Below the pieces are notes generated by a model, which did not search any database, was not told the origin of the DNA, and saw nothing but the letters and a program-made list of their open reading frames with translations. 63,744 nt of DNA from a virus (taxonomy: Duplodnaviria; Caudoviricetes), in IMG/VR virus record IMGVR_UViG_3300032132_000006, positions 1 through 63,744 of that record; one strand, written 5' to 3'. A program made the translations under genes and the position numbers. This document shows, piece after piece, positions 26,852 through 35,433 of this stretch; position 1 is the stretch's first letter; each line of letters starts with the position of its first letter.

Positions 26852-27058
26852 TTATTTTTTCCCCTTTCTTTTGGCTGGAATCTTAGCTTCGAATATTTTT
26901 CTTTTATCATCAGTAATGACACTGCCCTCTAATCTTCGCGCCCAACCAACTAGCGGTGGCCAAGGTAGCCCAAGGGCATTAACTTGTGATTTAGTCCAAG
27001 CACCTCCTTTAGTTTTGTTATCATTAATCCATTTTCTAGTAACTATCATAGTCTGCAC
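26852..27058 (-). CDS. Small basic hypothetical protein
   Basis: T.GGAWTK.Q..ALG..WPP..GW..RL.G pattern. Confidence 0.65.
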   Translation of the reverse strand: MQTMIVTRKWINDNKTKGGAWTKSQVNALGLPWPPLVGWARRLEGSVITDDKRKIFEAKIPAKRKGKK

Positions 27059-27065
27059 TCTGTAG

Positions 27066-27518
27066 GTTGTTTTGACCTTTACATACGAAAGGATTCAGAT
27101 TTCAGTGTAGGTTGGACAGAAGTAGCCTAAAGAAAGTGGCCAAACGACCACTAAACTAAAGGCAACAAAAAAACGAAATGGAACGAGTCACGAGCGCTTT
27201 TTTTGCCAGAGTCTCTCTCTCTGGTTAGATGCTTTTTCCTTTCGGTTCAGCAGGGCCATCTACAAATAGAGTCAGTTTGGGCAAGGATTTAACCAATGAA
27301 CCCGCTTAACTATTCGCTGCCACCCATTCAGGTTGTGCTGACAACTCAGTACCTGTTACTTACCTTCAGCACCGAATCGGCTTTATATGCTGGAGGTTGT
27401 TGTAGGTTGCTACTAGTAGACGGAAGGATATTAGATTACAATAAACATCTGCTTCGTAGGTGCAACTACGGAGTTTTCCCCAAAACCCTGCTGTTATTTA
27501 CGTGACAGCGGGGTTTTT
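27066..27518 (+). ncRNA. Putative large structured non-coding element (RNA or ssDNA origin structure)
   Basis: About 9 stems in 450 nt with G-U pairs favouring the + strand; ends in a terminator-like hairpin. Confidence 0.5.
27482..27518 (+). terminator. Intrinsic terminator-like hairpin
   Basis: AAAACCCTGCTGTTA-loop-TGACAGCGGGGTTTTT. Confidence 0.7.
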
Positions 27519-27579
27519 CTTTATCGGGTAGACTCATTTAAACAATAATACTCTCATCGAAAAAAATAGCAACCCTCAT

Positions 27580-27628
27580 AGGGGGGCATATTCGGCCACA
27601 TTAAGGGGGATCATTTTCGGCCACATTA
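27580..27628 (+). repeat. Tandem imperfect 24/25-bp repeat (AGGGGG..CAT.TTCGGCCACATTA x2)
   Basis: Copies at 27580-27603 and 27604-27628. Confidence 0.8.
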
Positions 27629-27862
27629 CAGCCTGATAGATTTAAGTGTTTTTAAGTCTCGCATACACCAGCCGCATGTAATTCCTCCACGCGCAACAAC
27701 CTTAAGCTCGTACTCCACCTGACTTTCCCCGTACCCGAAAAATTCTCCACTACAAAGCGTAGCTGGGCCCCCTGCGTTAGTGGGATCAACTAGGTGCCAC
27801 ACGGGGTTTTCAATTTCTTCGAGGTCATCATCTATAAGTACTTTCACCAATTCATGTGACAT
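27626..27862 (-). CDS. Hypothetical Zn-binding protein (start MSHELV)
   Basis: WH...TLC.GE...ITC..C; GGAG RBS. Confidence 0.6.
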   Translation of the reverse strand: MSHELVKVLIDDDLEEIENPVWHLVDPTNAGGPATLCSGEFFGYGESQVEYELKVVARGGITCGWCMRDLKTLKSIRL

Positions 27863-27863
27863 T

Positions 27864-28100
27864 TCAATCTCCTGCCAACTTAATGGCCATATTATGTAAC
27901 TTGGCATTGAACCATCTCCGTATCGCATAGCTGCGAATAAGAGAGATGATCATAAAGTATAGTGAGATCCACGCATTGGCTACTAGCGGAACGTGGATAT
28001 CAAACAGAGGGAATACCAGTAGCTGGGAACAAAACCCAACCACCAGCCCAATAACGATGTTAATTCCCGACTCATAGAGAGAGCTGAGCTTAGTTTGCAT
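27864..28100 (-). CDS. Conserved small phage membrane protein
   Basis: MQTK..S..ES..N...G......Q...FP.F...S..RSY..RRWFN pattern. Confidence 0.75.
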   Translation of the reverse strand: MQTKLSSLYESGINIVIGLVVGFCSQLLVFPLFDIHVPLVANAWISLYFMIISLIRSYAIRRWFNAKLHNMAIKLAGD

Positions 28101-28485
28101 CCCGCCTCTCCATTATCTTGAATTCACTGATCATTATATCGCAGCACCCTGTTGAATTGTGGGTGCCGGCATAAGGGAAAAACCTAGGGAAGTCCCCCCA
28201 TGCACGAAGATCAATATCTAGTCTTATCATGGCATCGTCGAATTCTACGATCAGGGCAGTGTGGATATCAAGGAACACCTTCATATAATATAAGTGTTCA
28301 AGCTTTCTCCTGTCAGCCACAACTTGGCCGAGAGCATCGAGGTTCAGCCCCTCTACCCGATCATATACGCACGCCCCAACCAGATCCCCGTCTTTGAAAA
28401 TATTGTAGTCATACCTGACCCTGCCCTTGGGGGCGACAACATCGCGCCTCCAAAGCCTACTTAATCTCTCCTCAATAGTTTTCAT
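28090..28485 (-). CDS. Hypothetical protein (start MKTIEE)
   Basis: Operon packing. Confidence 0.5.
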   Translation of the reverse strand: MKTIEERLSRLWRRDVVAPKGRVRYDYNIFKDGDLVGACVYDRVEGLNLDALGQVVADRRKLEHLYYMKVFLDIHTALIVEFDDAMIRLDIDLRAWGDFPRFFPYAGTHNSTGCCDIMISEFKIMERRDAN

Positions 28486-28828
28486 TGGACCCAACCACAT
28501 GTCTAGGCTCAGAGATTCTCTTTCTAATCGGAATGATCTCTGGAGGCCTGCTGGCGTATAGTGATTTGTAGACTGGACGAGAGGACATCGCAATCGGCTT
28601 CAAGCTCACTACAGTATCTGCCTTGTAAAAAACAGATGAATGCTTTCCGTTTGGGCGCAGTGTCCTGATGCTCCGCGCTTCTGACATTCGTCTAAGATAA
28701 TCAGTCAGTGATACTCTCGATATGTCAGACAGTTCTGGCCTAGCGTGTATGTCATTGACGCTCGCCCAGTCTCCGATATCCTCTAGCGCTAGTTCGATCC
28801 GCTCTTTTTTTGTAGCTTTAGTTCCCAT
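28472..28828 (-). CDS. Putative winged-HTH protein
   Basis: ISRVSLTDYLRRM recognition-helix-like segment; GGAGG RBS. Confidence 0.55.
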   Translation of the reverse strand: MGTKATKKERIELALEDIGDWASVNDIHARPELSDISRVSLTDYLRRMSEARSIRTLRPNGKHSSVFYKADTVVSLKPIAMSSRPVYKSLYASRPPEIIPIRKRISEPRHVVGSNENY

Positions 28829-28837
28829 GTTACCCTC

Positions 28838-29071
28838 CTAAAATGAGTAGTTTGACTGCTTGGTAATAACAGGCGCGTCCTGATAAACAGCCCGCTTAAC
28901 CTCATAGTTTGGCGAGTCCTTGAATACGCAGTATCGAGTCTCACCGTTTGGACTGGAATCATTACAGACCCCAATATACGGAGGCTGTGGCTCGTTGATT
29001 GCATTCACAATACGATTTGTAGACGCATGGAGTGCAATAATCACTAAGAATGCCGCTGCTAATTCGCTCAT
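28838..29071 (-). CDS. Small membrane-anchored/exported protein
   Basis: N-terminal hydrophobic segment. Confidence 0.55.
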   Translation of the reverse strand: MSELAAAFLVIIALHASTNRIVNAINEPQPPYIGVCNDSSPNGETRYCVFKDSPNYEVKRAVYQDAPVITKQSNYSF

Positions 29072-29289
29072 AATTTTATCCTCTTGATTTCAACTTTAAC
29101 GCTCTTGTTGACATTCATGCTGTGCCCTGTATCTTGAAGCATAGCCTCAGTTGGACGCATATCTCCAGCCACCACTTTACTGACAGTTGCCCTTGATACA
29201 CCCCATGCCTCTGCTGCTGCCGCTTGGGTTTTGTAGTTAAAGAATATAAACTTGCTCAGCCGGTGAGCGTACTGCGTTTGGTTCATCAT
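29068..29289 (-). CDS. XRE/Cro-like HTH regulator
   Basis: TQAAAAEAWGVSRATVSKVVAG...P. Confidence 0.8.
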   Translation of the reverse strand: MMNQTQYAHRLSKFIFFNYKTQAAAAEAWGVSRATVSKVVAGDMRPTEAMLQDTGHSMNVNKSVKVEIKRIKL

Positions 29290-29317
29290 CGTGCCCCTTG
29301 TTATTAACAGAGATGCC

Positions 29318-29380
29318 ATAGTATCACAGGTAATTTAATTTACAAGAAAAGGTTGACAATATTTCCATAGGTGTTATCTT
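29318..29380. promoter_or_regulatory. Back-to-back promoters: TTGTAA-N16-TACTAT (-) and TTGACA-N16-TATCTT (+), both with a TGn extension
   Basis: Located at the main strand switch. Confidence 0.75.
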
Positions 29381-29410
29381 GATGGTGTAAGAACAAGAAA
29401 GGAGAGAGGA

Positions 29411-29530
29411 ATGGATATTTATGTTTTTATTGGGATAGTTGTGCTGCTGTTCTTGGTATACGGGGCGCACAGTCTGGATAAATATTGCGACTCAATGAGG
29501 GCGCTTAAAAAGAAAGAGGAAAAGAAATGA
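29411..29530 (+). CDS. 39-aa membrane peptide (MDIYVFIGIVVLLFLVY...), not in ORF track
   Basis: GGAG/GAGG RBS; first gene after the promoter. Confidence 0.6.
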   Translation: MDIYVFIGIVVLLFLVYGAHSLDKYCDSMRALKKKEEKK

Positions 29531-29748
29531 AAGCAAAGGTCACTTACGTTACTCCACTGCGGGGCCAAGCCATTATTGGTGTTGTGCCCTTTCAGTGGGA
29601 GGGGGACTGGATAATGTCCCTCAAAGTTAAAGACTATCAAGGGATCTACGCAGGACACTGGATTGAAATAATTAGGTGTGACGATAAGTTCGGTGGCCAA
29701 AAATATAAAATGAGTTCGAGACCGGAGGAAGACAATGGCGATTTATAA
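29527..29748 (+). CDS. Hypothetical protein
   Basis: ATGA overlap. Confidence 0.55.
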   Translation: MKAKVTYVTPLRGQAIIGVVPFQWEGDWIMSLKVKDYQGIYAGHWIEIIRCDDKFGGQKYKMSSRPEEDNGDL

Positions 29749-29917
29749 GGCATTTTGGAGAAAGAAGGCAATTGATTTGGAGGCTGATTCCAGTTACGAG
29801 GCCCAAAAAAAGGCTGCTAAGTTGTTTAACGCAAAGAGGTCTTATGAAGTGGCCGTTGTGCTGCTAGAGCTTGACGGTAAAGCTGTCGCTCACTCAGCTC
29901 AGTTCGCGGGAGAATGA
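29735..29917 (+). CDS. Small phage hypothetical protein
   Basis: Y.AF....I.LEADSSYEAQ.KA..LF pattern; GGAGG RBS. Confidence 0.65.
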   Translation: MAIYKAFWRKKAIDLEADSSYEAQKKAAKLFNAKRSYEVAVVLLELDGKAVAHSAQFAGE

Positions 29918-30029
29918 TAATGAGAGTAATTAGAAACAAAAAATCAGGCAAAACCAGAATTCAGTATGCACACCTCATACAAGGACAGTATATGTTTGTT
30001 GAACTTAATGATCTTTGGGAGGTGGTGTC

Positions 30030-30287
30030 ATGAATGAACCAAAACCAAAGTGGGTATCGGAGCCTAATCAGGTTGGATGGTGGGTGGTGAGGCGAAAGAT
30101 TCAGCGCGATAGACCAGACCTGTGGAATACTTATTATTTCGACCTGCTGGACAGCGGTGGCTATGGTTGTGCTGAGTTCTGGCCAGAAGATGCGCTAAGT
30201 GATTTAGAATTTACTGACGTGACTCGAATGATAGAGTTAATTTCAAAACGACAAATTGATGGGGAGAAGATTAATGAAGATTACTAA
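30030..30287 (+). CDS. Hypothetical protein (start MNEPKP)
   Basis: GGAGG RBS. Confidence 0.55.
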   Translation: MNEPKPKWVSEPNQVGWWVVRRKIQRDRPDLWNTYYFDLLDSGGYGCAEFWPEDALSDLEFTDVTRMIELISKRQIDGEKINEDY

Positions 30288-30561
30288 AGAAGTATTTATA
30301 CAGTGCAAGCCTTACTCATGGCAGCAACGAGAGGAATATAACTACATAGCTATGGATTCTGAGCTGGATGGGTATATCACTGTCGGTAGCCAGATCATAA
30401 GCGTCGAGGTTCCAGATGACTTTGATTTTGTGAGTCCACAGATAGCTGGACTGGAAGCGGAGAAAGTCAAGGTTAGGGCAGAAGCATCAGCTCATGTTGC
30501 TGCCATAGATGAAAGCATACAAAACCTAAAAGCATTGGAGTACATTCCAGAGGAGGAGTAA
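30274..30561 (+). CDS. Hypothetical protein (start MKITKE)
   Basis: C-terminal coiled coil ending IQNLKALEY. Confidence 0.6.
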   Translation: MKITKEVFIQCKPYSWQQREEYNYIAMDSELDGYITVGSQIISVEVPDDFDFVSPQIAGLEAEKVKVRAEASAHVAAIDESIQNLKALEYIPEEE

Positions 30562-31067
30562 TGAGCCAGATAATGAAGGCTAAGGTATTCATCGACATGG
30601 ACGGGGTTATTGTTGACTTCGATCATGCGATGAAGGAAAAGGAGATGACTGGTGATGAGGTCAAAATCATCAAGGGAGTCTACCTAAAAATGAGGCCGAT
30701 TGATGGTGCGCTCAAGGCAGTCGAGTCCATCATTGGTATGGGTTACGATGTTTGGATAGCGACTAAGCCCCCGACTGGTTATGCCCATGCCTATGCCGAG
30801 AAGGCCCAGTGGATAATGGATCACCTGCCAATGTTGAAGAGGAAGATAATCATCACTCACGATAAAGGTTTGCTGGGTGGCGTGAATGACTTTCTCTGTG
30901 ATGACAGGCCACACAAGGCTAACTGTGAAAAGTTTGAGGGTACTCTGCTTAGGTTTGTAAAGGGGTACCACTGGCCACAAGCGTTAGAAGAACTGCGAGA
31001 AAATAAATTAAACCAACAACGAATCGAGAGGAAGAAATTATGGATGCTGCAATTCGACAACTCTTAA
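30561..31067 (+). CDS. HAD-superfamily 5'(3')-deoxyribonucleotidase-like protein
   Basis: FIDMDGVIVDF motif I, IAT motif II, EK..W, DK.L..LCDDR motif IV. Confidence 0.85.
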   Translation: MSQIMKAKVFIDMDGVIVDFDHAMKEKEMTGDEVKIIKGVYLKMRPIDGALKAVESIIGMGYDVWIATKPPTGYAHAYAEKAQWIMDHLPMLKRKIIITHDKGLLGGVNDFLCDDRPHKANCEKFEGTLLRFVKGYHWPQALEELRENKLNQQRIERKKLWMLQFDNS

Positions 31068-31345
31068 AGGATCCCGAAGCAATGTGGGAATCGCTGTCAG
31101 TAGACGGTGTTGAGTATAACTTCGATAAGCCAAGGAGTGGCGATGCCAACTACCTTGAGCAGACTGAAAAAATGTTCATCTTTGATAATGAAAGAGCCAT
31201 AGCAATTGGTAATTTTATTGAACTTCATGAGTCTGGCACTGTCGAAGAGAAGATAGCTTTCGATGCTGCAATAGGCTCGATAATTAGAAGGCAAGTGGTT
31301 GCTCACCTTGCCTCAATAAATGAATTCAACAGGGGGAATATATGA
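31040..31345 (+). CDS. Hypothetical protein
   Basis: Operon packing. Confidence 0.55.
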   Translation: MDAAIRQLLKDPEAMWESLSVDGVEYNFDKPRSGDANYLEQTEKMFIFDNERAIAIGNFIELHESGTVEEKIAFDAAIGSIIRRQVVAHLASINEFNRGNI

Positions 31346-32412
31346 GCACAGAAAATCCAGCTAACGTTTACGATATTGTTCGTAGACAAGAAAACAAATT
31401 CGCATCTGTTCTATCAACGCCAGACGTTACGTGGAATAGAGAGTGCCAGTTCGCAATTCAGTCACTACAGAAAAATGAGTTTCTGAATAACACCGCTTGG
31501 GCGAATCAGGTCTCGTTACAGAATGCGATCATCAATGTCGCATCGATAGGGGTGTCGTTAAACCCTGCGCTTAAGCACGCCTATTTGGTACCAAGAGATA
31601 AGGGCGTTTGCTTGGACATATCCTATATGGGATTGCTCCACATCGCTCAAAAGTCTGGGGCCATTCTTTGGGGGCAGGCTAAACTTGTTTACGCCAACGA
31701 TACCTATGAAAACACTGGGATAGATACATCGCCTAACCATATACAAAACACTTTTGGCGATAAAGGTGCAATCGTAGGTGTGTACTGTACTGTTAAGCTG
31801 CCCAGCGGCGAGTACCTGACAGAAGAGATGGACATAGAAACAATAAACAAAATCAGATCGACATCTAAGGCGTCTAACGGCCCTTGGAAAACTTGGCCTG
31901 AAGAGATGATGCGTAAGTCAGTTGTAAAGAGAGCCTCCAAATACTGGCCGCAAACTGACAGGATGAGTGAGGCGGTGGATGCGCTACATAAAATTGAGGG
32001 ACTCGCCACCGAAGAAATAACTGAGCCAGAAATTGCACAGGTTACCGAAGATCAAAAGGCATATTTTGATCAGTTGATTGAAGCGGGCGATGCTCTGGGG
32101 ATGTATGTGTTCTCACAATCATTCAACATAACGGATGCGTCTAGCGCCAGCGCTGGATTATGGGTTAGCCTTTTACACTCGTTTCCAAAAGGAAAGAAGG
32201 GCAAGTACGGGAAAATTGTTAATGACCTAAAATCCACGGGTGACAGTATTTTTGAGGAATATTTGGACGGGTTTGTGAATGCCATAAATGCTGGTGATGA
32301 CCTCGCCGCATCACAGTTGATTGAAGAGCTGGATACAAACACACTTGGCTTGTTGAAAGATAGAATTCCAAGCGAGCTGGTTGGGACATTTCAGAGCATG
32401 AGGGAATTATAA
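31342..32412 (+). CDS. recT: RecT/Redbeta-family single-strand annealing protein
   Basis: AYLVPR...LDISYMGL and PW..WPEEM.RKSVVKRA.KYWP motifs. Confidence 0.92.
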   Translation: MSTENPANVYDIVRRQENKFASVLSTPDVTWNRECQFAIQSLQKNEFLNNTAWANQVSLQNAIINVASIGVSLNPALKHAYLVPRDKGVCLDISYMGLLHIAQKSGAILWGQAKLVYANDTYENTGIDTSPNHIQNTFGDKGAIVGVYCTVKLPSGEYLTEEMDIETINKIRSTSKASNGPWKTWPEEMMRKSVVKRASKYWPQTDRMSEAVDALHKIEGLATEEITEPEIAQVTEDQKAYFDQLIEAGDALGMYVFSQSFNITDASSASAGLWVSLLHSFPKGKKGKYGKIVNDLKSTGDSIFEEYLDGFVNAINAGDDLAASQLIEELDTNTLGLLKDRIPSELVGTFQSMREL

Positions 32413-32615
32413 TGGCTAAGACACAGATGTCTCATGTAAGAGAGGGGTCAAGGGTTACTTTTTACCTTCAGGGTGGGGTTAGAATTATGGGGAAGATACT
32501 ATCATTGCCAAGCGTCCATGGGCTATGGGTTATAGAGCGACTACCAAACGCTGAAACAACGACCTCGCTAACATACATAAACAGGTTTGATTACATGACC
32601 GTCGATAAGTTATGA
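32412..32615 (+). CDS. Small protein, possibly Sm/Hfq-like fold
   Basis: VTFYLQGGVRIMGKI resembles Hfq VSIYLVNGIKLQGQI; weak match. Confidence 0.4.
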   Translation: MAKTQMSHVREGSRVTFYLQGGVRIMGKILSLPSVHGLWVIERLPNAETTTSLTYINRFDYMTVDKL

Positions 32616-33058
32616 GTACCCTGATCCTACAGCACGTTGGCCAAAAGAACGGGGTGGATGTATACGCCCCTATGGAGCCAGATGATGCGAAGTTAATCAA
32701 CGGGCATGATGTACTGGTCTGTGAATTGAAAGCTGGTAAAGCGAGGAGGACGGCACTTCAGAACAAATCCCTGTACCAATATGGTAGACTGGTGGCTGAC
32801 AGGTTAAATAATGGCGGTATAACCAAGCAGGTTTACTTCGATAAAAAGCAGGTAGATTGCGAATGGACTACCGAGAGTGTAGTGGAAGATATCTGGAGAG
32901 AGATCCAGTTTGCTATGTTTGGGCACAGGAAAACATCTCATCTTGAGACAGACCAGATCAGCAAGGTATACGATCAAGTGTCTAGAATATTGTCAGAGAA
33001 CTTCAGTGTAAGACAGGAGTTCCCTAGCAGGTTTAACGGAATGTACGACGAGGCATAA
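32612..33058 (+). CDS. NinB/Orf-like recombination accessory protein
   Basis: RT..QN..L, TS.L and FPSR motifs. Confidence 0.55.
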   Translation: MSTLILQHVGQKNGVDVYAPMEPDDAKLINGHDVLVCELKAGKARRTALQNKSLYQYGRLVADRLNNGGITKQVYFDKKQVDCEWTTESVVEDIWREIQFAMFGHRKTSHLETDQISKVYDQVSRILSENFSVRQEFPSRFNGMYDEA

Positions 33059-33060
33059 AG

Positions 33061-33480
33061 ATGGCAGTCAAGATAAAACCGGCAGATACAGCCTTTTCGC
33101 GATGTGTCAGAACAGCAAACGATTGGCGCTGCGAGCGATGCAATTGCCAGCACATTGAGGGATCACAAGGGCTGCACTGTAGCCACATATACTCGCGCAG
33201 GCACCGCAATATTAGATGGTGTAAAGAGAATGCCCAAGCACTCTGCTTTCCCTGTCATCAGTGGTTTGGTGGATCTCCTGCCGATTCTGGGCCATGGATT
33301 GAGGAATTCGTAGGAGCTGGTACTTTAGATATCCTGCGAGAGAAAATGCATTCGGGGATAAAGGTATCCAAGCTGGAAGAGAAGGATATCGCCGCCCACT
33401 ATCGTAAGCAGCTTAAGATCCTAGAGCAGAAAAGAAATGATGGTGAGACAGGGTATATAGATTTTGAGTCATGGCAGTAG
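33061..33480 (+). CDS. NinG/Rap-like HNH endonuclease
   Basis: AD..FS..VR, CERC, HCSH..SRRH..IRW..EN..ALC..CH. Confidence 0.8.
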   Translation: MAVKIKPADTAFSRCVRTANDWRCERCNCQHIEGSQGLHCSHIYSRRHRNIRWCKENAQALCFPCHQWFGGSPADSGPWIEEFVGAGTLDILREKMHSGIKVSKLEEKDIAAHYRKQLKILEQKRNDGETGYIDFESWQ

Positions 33481-33551
33481 CTAAGACCACTGGCATGTAG
33501 TATTATTAACACACATTAGTTTTCCTCTGAGTTGCTAAGCGCTGCTCCCTC

Positions 33552-33574
33552 GCCCAGTTCTTCTGGGCTTTTTT
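33552..33574 (+). terminator. Intrinsic terminator
   Basis: GCCCAG-ttctt-CTGGGC-TTTTTT. Confidence 0.8.
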
Positions 33575-33587
33575 ATGCCCATCTGAA

Positions 33588-33643
33588 AATAATCTGTTTT
33601 ATTTGAATAAAAAACTTGACCATCTCCTGTATTAGTGTATTAT
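33588..33643 (+). promoter_or_regulatory. Sigma70-type promoter TTGACC-N16-TATTAT with AT-rich upstream element
   Basis: Near-copy of 23371-23426. Confidence 0.8.
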
Positions 33644-33707
33644 CAGGGTGTGTTTCGGGGAAACAAAAAAACCAGCCCCACCTACTTTAACTAATGAGGA
33701 AAGAATT

Positions 33708-34769
33708 ATGTCAAACGTAATCAATTTATTCGGCAATACCCGCGCTCCAGAAGGCAGCCTAGCAGCAGCCCTTGAGGACTATGAGTCAAGCGCTGTTGGC
33801 AAAGCCATCATCGAAGATCAGGAGGCCAGTGAAATGGCTAAGATTGGAAAAGCAATGCAGGATGAGGCCAACGCTGCTGCGTTCAAGGAAGAGAAAGAGA
33901 TCCAAGCTGTGCTGGGTGATCCAGAGCCTGCGTTCCCTGAAGTTGATCAAGAGGTTTTGAAAAACTACCAAGGAAAGGCATCTGACTTCTTCCGCATTGA
34001 GCGAGAGCCGATCTTCAGCGCCTATGGTGAGATAGAAGATCGCAAGGCCTTGTTCGTTAACGAGCGTAAGATCAACATAGTCTCGAATGAATTTGAGGTT
34101 CACCAGCCTATCGACATTATGCAGCGCTTTGCAAATGTCTCAGACTCCCACGGCCTTGAGATCAACCGAGTCCTAAACAATCCTAACAACGGCGGTATTT
34201 TGATCAGCGCCAAGTACGGTCAGCAGGAGATCATGGGAGAGATGCACGACATCAATTTCACTTTCTACACTGCGAACGATTCCAAGTATCGTACTTTCTT
34301 GTCAATGGACTTGTTGAGAATGGCCTGTTTCAACCAGATCCCCACTCTCTACAAAAACAAGGATCGATTCATTATCAGCGAGAAGCACTACAAAAATGCT
34401 CTCGACTATGATGTGATTGATGAGGCTTTGATCAACGTCCCTGCCACTATCTTCGCCTACGAAGAGAAGGCCAATCTGTTGAAGGACAAGGCGTTCTCCA
34501 TGAGCGATTTCATCGAGTTCTACATCCAGTCCTACAATGTTGATCGTGAGGCCAAGTTGTTTGACTCCAAGATCCGTAACCTGAAGGATGTCTACTACAA
34601 CGCCAAGGGCCAGAAGCAGGTCGGCCCTAACGCTTTCAAGGCTTACCAAGCCATCACTTTCATTAACACTCACAACGTTAAGAAGACTGCGATGGTTGAG
34701 GAGAACCGCTTGATCAAGAACGGTAACGACTCTCTCAAACAGCTCGAACGATTGCTTGCTGTTGCTTAA
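33708..34769 (+). CDS. DUF932-like protein, monocistronic
   Basis: IVS..FEVHQP, R.AC.NQ, ..H and AYQAIT...TH patterns; GAGGA RBS before ATG 33708. Confidence 0.65.
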   Translation: MSNVINLFGNTRAPEGSLAAALEDYESSAVGKAIIEDQEASEMAKIGKAMQDEANAAAFKEEKEIQAVLGDPEPAFPEVDQEVLKNYQGKASDFFRIEREPIFSAYGEIEDRKALFVNERKINIVSNEFEVHQPIDIMQRFANVSDSHGLEINRVLNNPNNGGILISAKYGQQEIMGEMHDINFTFYTANDSKYRTFLSMDLLRMACFNQIPTLYKNKDRFIISEKHYKNALDYDVIDEALINVPATIFAYEEKANLLKDKAFSMSDFIEFYIQSYNVDREAKLFDSKIRNLKDVYYNAKGQKQVGPNAFKAYQAITFINTHNVKKTAMVEENRLIKNGNDSLKQLERLLAVA

Positions 34770-34775
34770 TAACTT

Positions 34776-34797
34776 GGGGCTACGGCCCCCTTTTTTT
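34776..34797 (+). terminator. Intrinsic terminator
   Basis: GGGGC-tacg-GCCCC-C-TTTTTTT. Confidence 0.85.
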
Positions 34798-34799
34798 AC

Positions 34800-35051
34800 A
34801 TGGGGAACGATATGAAAATATCAAAGGCCAGACCGACTAACTACGTGGAGCAGGTTGACTTGTTCGCGCTGTCGGTGCTTAGATTAATAGATAGCTTGAT
34901 AGTCATGCTGTCTTTTGGGTATCTTGATTGTGATATGTACAGTCATTACTTGTTCTGTACTGAGTTTAAAATTCATGATGATCTACTACCACAAGAACGC
35001 ACACTAACTGACGTATACAAAAGCTTCTGGGAAAGCTTGGGAGAGGGGTGA
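34800..35051 (+). CDS. Hypothetical protein
   Basis: Operon packing. Confidence 0.5.
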   Translation: MGNDMKISKARPTNYVEQVDLFALSVLRLIDSLIVMLSFGYLDCDMYSHYLFCTEFKIHDDLLPQERTLTDVYKSFWESLGEG

Positions 35052-35205
35052 TGAACGTATATTTGGTGATGAAAGAGGTTGCTCATGAAGGGGATAGCGT
35101 TCTTGTGGTGTACTTGAATAAGAAGGATGCAGATGCCGCCGCTGATCTTTTGAATTCAAAGTGTGGGCGTAATGTTTATTACTATGTGGATGAGAGGAGT
35201 GCGGA

Positions 35206-35433
35206 GTGATGGCAGCAGTTGAAATACTTAATAGCGCTGACGGAAATCTGCGAGCGCATGGTCGATACGTTAAACGCTCATTGGGTGATGGGATGTACGA
35301 CATGGTACTGGCCTTTACCCTGCGAGCAAAGTATAACGGAAAGTTTAAATTGATTGGCGGCGGCTACTCAAGAGAGTTCGCGGTTGAGTTTATAAAAGGG
35401 GAGCAGGGCAATGGATTTAAATCAGCACGCTAA
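35206..35433 (+). CDS. Hypothetical protein
   Basis: GAGGAG RBS. Confidence 0.5.
   Translation: MMAAVEILNSADGNLRAHGRYVKRSLGDGMYDMVLAFTLRAKYNGKFKLIGGGYSREFAVEFIKGEQGNGFKSAR

Noticed and set aside
27066-27166. Cloverleaf-like fold as a tRNA
   Set aside because: No T-loop TTC motif or D-loop consensus, wrong arm sizes, no CCA end
27296-27505. 69-aa + strand ORF inside the structured region
   Set aside because: No convincing RBS, atypical composition, and it runs through the hairpins; it cannot be fully excluded
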